Shown in pieces: positions 56,683 to 64,000 of a stretch of 64,000 bases of DNA. The notes beneath the pieces are model-generated. The model was not told the origin of the DNA. It was given only the letters and a program-made list of their open reading frames with translations, and did not search any database. This stretch comes from Octopus vulgaris (lineage: Eukaryota), in contig OX597814.1 in assembly GCA_951406725.2 (NCBI GenBank), positions 144,398,001 through 144,462,000 of the forward strand. Direction: 5' to 3'. The translations under genes and the position numbers were made by a program. Within the stretch, counting starts at the first letter, position 1. Each line of letters starts with the position of its first letter.

Positions 56683-58679
56683 GTAAGAACATACATACTT
56701 GATGACAGAATTTGAATAAAATTTCGATCAATATCTTACAGCATTTACACCCGGAGTGTTAAAGCTTGAAAATAAAAGCCAAGGATCTGCAGTTGACATC
56801 AACAATATAAATCAAATTTAAGGAACACTTGTCAAATTTCGTTTTATTTTTCTCCCTTATATAAATATTTGCTGACATTCAAAGGAACATATTGAACCAA
56901 AGGACTTATCGTAATTTTCTTACCGTTGCCTAATTTGAATTTAATGATTGTAATGTAAATAGTTAGAAAACAATTTTCGAATTACAAATAGAAAGATTAC
57001 GATTTTTAATAATTTATTTAACAGGGTCCAAAAACTGCTAGACAGTGAAAATTCTAAACTATGAGTTCAATTTAATGTTTGGTCATAATAAAGATTTAAT
57101 TCAATATCATTTACCCTTAATATGTGAGCTTGTCACGCTTACACATAAAAATTATGGAAATAAACATGCTTTAAAATTGAATTTTTATACATATTTTCTT
57201 TAAATAGTATGACATCAGGATATCTTTTTAAGGACTTCTGTCTCGCAGCGTACTTTAACAAATAAACATATATATAAATAAATATATATATATATAATAA
57301 ATCATTCTCCATCAATTGATTTAATTTCGATTGTTATAAAAATATGCTTGCTTCTAACTTTGCAAAATGAAAACGGATTGTGTGATAATACATGCAATGT
57401 ATGTATCCAATTCTTTCTTGGGTATCGTTATCTCAGTTCCTTAATTGTGCACTGGCCGCCCAATAGCTTGTATCCGATCAAAAGCGTTTCTGTATTGCAT
57501 CTATAATTAAGACAATTGATTCTCAACAGTTAAGTCCAATAGATTTCAGTGAGTACCGTATGTGGTATGATTCACCTCTATAAGCAGCAGCACGAGGTGA
57601 TTTTCTAACTGTGTTGATCACCACATTGCTAAATTCGCTTCCGCAGATGGATAAAACTACTTACAATAGAATCAGAATTCTACTGAGATGGAAAATTGTC
57701 TTGCAACTTATCCACAAATCACTGGAAATGAATCAAGCAAAGTGATCTATTGGTTCGGTCACAACGGGTCAGACACTTGTTTGAATGATTTTAGACATAG
57801 TATTTGTACAAAATTGCTTTTCAAAATAAACTAGAAATTATAGTCAGGAAGTAACATTAATAATTCTAACAAAGGTACGAATTCAGAGGGAAGATGTTAT
57901 TCGACTGTATTGAACTCAAAGAACCTTTATCAAATGCTTCTAAACTACCTACAAAGCCTGAAATTTGTAGAAAAGGTTAGTCGATCACGTCAACACTAAT
58001 TCTTGTCTGTTTCTTCATTTTATCGATCTCGGAAGGATAAAATGTAAATCTGAAAAAAAAGCAACATTCGAACTGAAAGTGTGAAGAAGTATAATAAATA
58101 CAACAGACGTTGTTAGTAGCTCTAAAGATTCGGCCAATCCACTACATTACTACTAATTATCCATTTAATAATATAGCTTCAAACTTTGGCATAAGGCCAG
58201 CAATTGGTGTTGGGTGGGAAAGTCGATTAAATCGACTCCAGTGCTCAGCTGGTATTTATTTTATCGACCTCGAGATGATAAAACACAAATTTAACAGCAG
58301 CGGACGATATGCCGCTAAGCATTTTGTTCGGCGTACTGACGATTCTGCCAGCTCGCTGCCATCATTCATTTAATAATATAGAAAATAAAGATAATCCAGC
58401 AGCGCTACTGATCCTTATGAGCCAGAAAGGATTAGTTTGGAGTTTTTAATATATATGCTTAGTGAAATACATATTTAAAAGAACTTGCTTTCTATATTCG
58501 AGTAAAATCCTTAACTGAAATTTTACAATTTATTTATTTAGTGCTGCACATTAGGAATTAGCTCTTCAGTTTTTCAATGTCAAATTGTTTAATACTTATA
58601 TATTTTGAAGTATCATATCAGCTTCTAAATAAATACTGACACAATATATGCTTGTTTGTTTTTGTTGGGTTTTTTTTTG

Positions 58680-58860
58680 CCTATATTACACGGACTAAAG
58701 CTTTAGATTTATGTTTGCAATTATTGAGGAACTTGGATATGTAACCAACAGCCTCAGAACCAAACTTGAAAAGCGGAGCTTTACAGAACCAGAACGGACA
58801 GCGCTGATTAGAAAATTTCAGCTACAAGCTTTTAATAAAAATATGTAAAGCATTCCAGAT
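58680..58860 (+). mobile_element. R4/Dong endonuclease C-terminal fragment
   Basis: FMFAIIEELGYVTNSLRTKLEKRSFTEPERTALIRKFQ aligns to the end of the ORF at 61370-61537. Confidence 0.65.
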
Positions 58861-59476
58861 GTTTGCCTTATATATGTGAATATACACATGTATTAATATG
58901 CAGACATATGTATATATTTATATACATAAGCCAGAAAAAGGCAGATCCACACCTGCAATGTCATTCATGCAAGTCTTCTTGTTACCTTCGACGGTTGCTG
59001 TAGACTAAACTGTAAGCTCACAGCGAAACCTTTATTCTACGTTCAATTCTTGGTCGAAATAATATTTCTTTTTTCTCATAATGCAATTAGTAAAAGACAT
59101 GAACGTTACACGTTTCAAGTCTTCTGAAGTAACTATTGCTGTTCACTCGATATTTCAAAATACGAAATAGGATAAACTATACAGCGTATAATAGCTAATT
59201 AATTGATTAATTAATTAATTAACTAATTAATTAATTGTGCTTTCGTGGCTTACTCTAAGTAGGCATCAGGAATAGACATTTTAAAAGTATGCTTTTATAA
59301 CAATGTTTTTACCAAAAGTGTCAGCGTTGTACTTTAGACATCAGAAGCGGATATCCAAATCGGGTTTTGGATTCATATGCCGTAAACTCTACAGCTGTAC
59401 GCATATATGCGTGTGTGAGCGTGTATTATGTGTATGAATGTATGTATGTATGTATGTATGTATGTATGTATGTATG

Positions 59477-59509
<33 letters not shown>

Positions 59510-59524
59510 GTATGTATGTATGTA

Positions 59525-59628
<104 letters not shown>

Positions 59629-60212
59629 TATATAATTATACATATATATGCATATATACATATATATAAATATAATTATATATATATATGAATGTATGTA
59701 TGTATGCATGTATGTCCCAAATGTATACCAAAATAATACAAATACATATATGCATGAATATACAAACATACAAATACTTACGTCCATACATATACATACA
59801 AATCAGATAGACAGACATGTTCACATTCATACGTATCTCTGCGCGTGTGTATGTGTGTGTGTATATTTCCTGATCTTATGATGCCTGTATCCATGTATGC
59901 ACGTTTGTAAGCACGTATATATATACATTAATACATGCATAATTGTTTCAAATTTTGATATACGGCCAGTAATTTTAGGGTAAGTAGGTAAGTCGGTTAA
60001 ATTGACCCAACAACTTGACTGGTATTTTATTTTATCGACCTCGAAAAGCTGAAATGCAAAGTTGACTTCTACGAGATTTGAACTCAGAACCTAAAGAGCC
60101 GAAGTAAATGACACTCTGCATCTTGTCTGCCGCGTGAATGATTCCGCCAGTTCACCGCCTTTCATACATACATACATGCATACATACATACATACATACA
60201 TACATACATACA

Positions 60213-60245
<33 letters not shown>

Positions 60246-60331
60246 GCATACATACATACATACATACATACATACATTCGTACATACATACATTCGTACG
60301 TACATACATATATACATACATATATACATAC

Positions 60332-61648
60332 AAAATATGGCAGGCGGAACTCTCCTCTTACAACGAAACAATATCCCACAATGCATTTGCAGTACCAGTG
60401 CTGATCCCAATATTTGGGATAATTGCTTGGTCTGTAGAGGAAATCAACTCCATAGATATCAAAATCCGCAAAATCCTGACAACAACTGGGAACTTCCACA
60501 GAAACAGTGATGTTGACAGGCTCCGCCTAAGAAGAAATGAAGATGGTAGAGGCCTGAGATCAGTGCAGACGGTTTCGAATGCCGTATTGTATGACAGCAG
60601 CAAAAATAAATATATTAATGCAGTCCTGAAAAGTGAAGTAAGCAACATTGTACGAGTTGGCAGTGAACTCCTCAAGAAACATTCTCTTCCTGATAATCTC
60701 CTATGCAGCTCCAAAACAGCTGGGCTCTCTTACCTCAGAGAAGACCTGGGTGGAAAGCACATGCATAGATATGTTGCCCGGATGCTTGAAGAAGACAGTA
60801 GAATTGACACGAAGCGCAGCCTCCCTTGGACACAAGACCACTACATCACATCACACTTTGAGGGCTATGCGTTTGCAATCCAGGAACAGAAGATTCCCTC
60901 AAAGTACCTGGTGAACAAGAGAGATAGTGGCGCTCTTGTAATCCCAAGGTGCAACCGCATGTGTAGGCTATGTCATGTTTCTGTGGAAGACATCACACGT
61001 GTGATTAACTGCTGTCCTAAAATGTCGTCACGGTACTACCTCCCTATGCAGCACGATGTCGTTGCTAAAACAATTTACAATGCCATCCTCAAAAAAGAAC
61101 GTCCTGAAATAAACTTAGAAAATCCCTCTATTATGGAACACATTCATAAACAACTCAAGGAATACTGGTGGAATATTCCCATCAAAACTTCTGTTAAATG
61201 TAAACATAACAGGCGGAATATTGTTGTTTGGGACAGAGGGGCAAAGGTATGTACCATCATAGAGATTAGCTGCTCTACAGATATAAATATTTCTCTGAAA
61301 ATCAAAGAAAAAGAGGATATATATGGACAATTGCTTCGAATTCTCCAGCTTCTATATCCAGACTATGAATTCATATTCATGCCAATAATAATTGGAGCAC
61401 TAGGTTTTGTTAGTAAATGCTTAAAGGAGAATCTGGATAAACTAGGACTTTCAGAAAGAGAAATTGACCGGCTGTTCGTACAAGTCCAATCTGTGATTGG
61501 AACAGTAAAAATATCCAAGAGTTTTCTCAAGTTCTAAATGTGAATTTGTCAGTGTTAACTACATCCCAAAGATGGAGCCTTGTATCTTTGTTGAAAACCG
61601 GCTCCCTCCTCAGTGGAAGATTTATAATAATAAAAAAAATAGAAGAGA
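60332..61648 (+). mobile_element. 5'-truncated R4/Dong-clade non-LTR retrotransposon in (CATA)n
   Basis: About 400 open codons to 61537: NAFAVPVL, GRGL, AIQEQ.I, CRLC..E..R...CC, HD.VA, HNRRNIVVWD (PD mutated), EISC, KE..Y, PIIIGALG; (CATA)n on both sides. Confidence 0.92.
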
Positions 61649-61699
61649 CATACGTACATACATACATACATACATACATACATAGCAGGAACGGGAAAT

Positions 61700-62130
61700 A
61701 TCAGTGAGATACTGGGCTGTGTAACAACATATCTTCAGAAAAACTTAGAAATAAAAATGAACATATTGAGATTGATGGATTAAAAGAATATTGGGGAAAT
61801 CTAATAATAAAAATTAAAAGAAAATAAATACGATATTGCTGTTTGTGATCACAAAATTTAACCATGCACTGTTTTGAATGTTAGCTGTCCACTTGACCTC
61901 AGTGCAGCAAGAAAATATATAGAAGAAAAAAATATGGATTCTAGAGGAAAAACTTACTAATCCAGTTTCAAAATATACTTTCGGCTTTTATAGCCGTTAT
62001 ATCCCCAGTATATGCACCAAATCGCCCAAGGAATATATATGGTTGAACTTGGAGTCTCGAAGAACGTTGCCCTATAATTTAAGTGATTACGAAATCTATA
62101 ACAAGAAATAAATGCAAGACCTTAAAATGT
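61700..62130 (+). mobile_element. Older degenerate R4/Dong endonuclease fragment
   Basis: KEYWGNL; DIAVCDHK..CTVLNVSCPLD parallel motifs of the upstream element. Confidence 0.6.
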
Positions 62131-62599
62131 CGACGTTGAATATTTGCACAAAGGATGGCGGAGAGAAGAGTGCTTCCTTTTAAGAAGAAAATCAATTCTT
62201 TACAGCCTCGTCATAGTGCAGATGACAAGTCAGAATATACTTTAACGTTTTGATCAAGAAGAGAAAGCATATATGTGTGGATGCATACAAACGAGACACA
62301 AATGCATACACACGTGCGTGCATACATAGGTACATAAATGCATACATACATCGATGCACACAGTGGACAACTTGATGTTCAGACATATGTTTTTGAAAGT
62401 TGGAAGGTTGAGCTAGAGATGCAGGTAAGAGTGCATACGACTATTTCTATGCAAATTATCTAAACACTGCATACACTGAAGTATTCGTATTTAAACAAAT
62501 CAAACTTTTCAAACCATTGCCACATGTTGCACAGTAACTTAGTATGTTCAAATACAATTGTAAAATTAAAGAGTTTTTTTTTTAAGAAATGTCAAGCTG

Positions 62600-63177
62600 A
62601 AGAGGGTGAGCTTGCAGAAACGTTAGCACGCTGGGCCAAATGCTCAGCGATATTTCGTCTGCCGTTACGTTCTGAGTTCAAATTCCGCCGAGGTCGACTT
62701 TGCCTTTCATCCGTTCGGGGTCGATTAAATGAGTACCAGTTACGCACTGGGGTCGATATAATCGACTTAATCCGTTTGTCTTTCCGTGTTTGTCCTCTCT
62801 GTGTTTAGCTCCTTGTGGGTAGTAAACAAATAGGTATTTCGTCTGCCACTACGTTCTGAGTTCAAATTCCGCCGAGGTCGACTTTGCCTTTCATCCTTTC
62901 GGGGTCGATTAGATAAGTACCAGTTACGCACTGGGATCGATATGATCGACTTAATCCTTTTGTGTGTCCTTGTTTGTCCACTCTATGTTTAACCTCTTGT
63001 GGGTAGTAAAGAATAGGTAATTGGTCTGTCTTTACGTTCTGAGTTCAAATTTCGCCGAGGTCGACTTTGTCCTCCATCCTTCCGGAGTCGCTAAATTAAG
63101 TACCAGTTGCATACCAGGGTTGATCTAATCGACTAGCCCCCTCCCTCAAAAATTCGAGTCTTGTGCCTAGAGTAGAA
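62600..63177 (+). mobile_element. Trimeric family B SINE with 16-bp TSD
   Basis: Three ~175-bp B-box/core units; AAGAAATGTCAAGCTG at 62584-99 and 63178-93. Confidence 0.92.
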
Positions 63178-63397
63178 AAGAAATGTCAAGCTGTAGAATC
63201 TATGAATTTGATCGTAACTAAAAGTTGTCGAAATTTTCAAAGAATATTGCCATCTTTTTTAAGCTAAATCATGAATTCACTGTAAAGAGACAAAATTAAC
63301 GACGTTGAAAACGTGTCTTTTCGAACTAATTGTGATTATAATCTAGCATAAAGTGGAATTACCACTTTAATGGAGATTTTGTATGAGGCATATATAT

Positions 63398-63430
<33 letters not shown>

Positions 63431-63447
63431 AATATATATATAAATAA

Positions 63448-63527
<80 letters not shown>

Positions 63528-63824
63528 TTATTTATAATGTGAATCGAAAACATTTTGATTTTATGTTCCCAAATAAAATATATTCCCAAACACATTTATG
63601 GTCAGGTTAAACGTATTATTAAATGAAAACTTATTCATGTAGTTGAATCACATTAATAAATATGGGTTAGTAAGTTTGCCTTAAACAAAACTCCAAATAA
63701 CATGCTGCAGGAACGTACAAATTCAGTGCCAACCGTCCGTATACCTTCAATGTGAACACCAAATTTGAAAACAATTGAGACAAAATTTTAAAAAATTTAA
63801 AACTGTGATAGCAATAGAAAAGAT

Positions 63825-63955
63825 CCCCGAGCGCAGCTCTGAGTACTTTTGGTATGTGCTGTGGTTTGTTTGGTGTTGTTATTTTTACAGTATTAAAGGT
63901 GTTCTAAGTGGGATATGTGCGGTACCTAGCAGTGCTACTTATGCTGTTGTATTTT
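63825..63955 (-). mobile_element. R4/Dong-like 3' end fragment
   Basis: VALLGTAHI..RT..I.* (cf. IQK.ALLGTAHILRK). Confidence 0.6.
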
Positions 63956-64000
63956 CGTTTAGTGAATAAAGTAGAATAAGCGTGTAGGATAGAAAAATAT

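Noticed and set aside
57670-57834. Open frame NQNSTEMENCLATYP...SICTK as second exon of the signal-peptide gene
   Set aside because: Nearest acceptor gives phase 0, not phase 2; no recognisable homology.
60134-61537. 467-aa ORF as a host gene
   Set aside because: N-terminus is SINE end + (CATA)n fused in frame to a truncated R4/Dong ORF.
62383-62424. 42-nt exon candidate ending CAG|GTAAGA
   Set aside because: Weak acceptor and no supporting similarity.

Overview
Eukaryotic, very AT-rich, microsatellite-dense DNA made almost entirely of repeats. The SINE families and repeat landscape resemble an octopus/cephalopod genome (inference). Nearly all ORFs in the supplied track are microsatellite artefacts. 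Recognisable content: three tRNA-derived SINE families, Tc1, mariner and maT DNA transposons, two non-autonomous Helitrons, hAT remnants, and RTE, CR1 and R4/Dong non-LTR fragments. There are also several Penelope-like element (PLE) remnants of Naiad and Neptune type. One candidate host exon encodes a signal peptide (56585-56682). The main structure not explained by ORFs is a recurring module inside (TA)n-type tracts: [microsatellite][inverted copy of element end][element end, often carrying a minimal type I hammerhead ribozyme][unique tail][microsatellite]. About 8 such fold-backs and about 13 hammerhead-like motifs from mostly unrelated sequence families occur in 64 kb. They include two related families with a U3:A8 catalytic-core covariation. 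All folds and translations were done by eye, and boundaries of degenerate elements are approximate.
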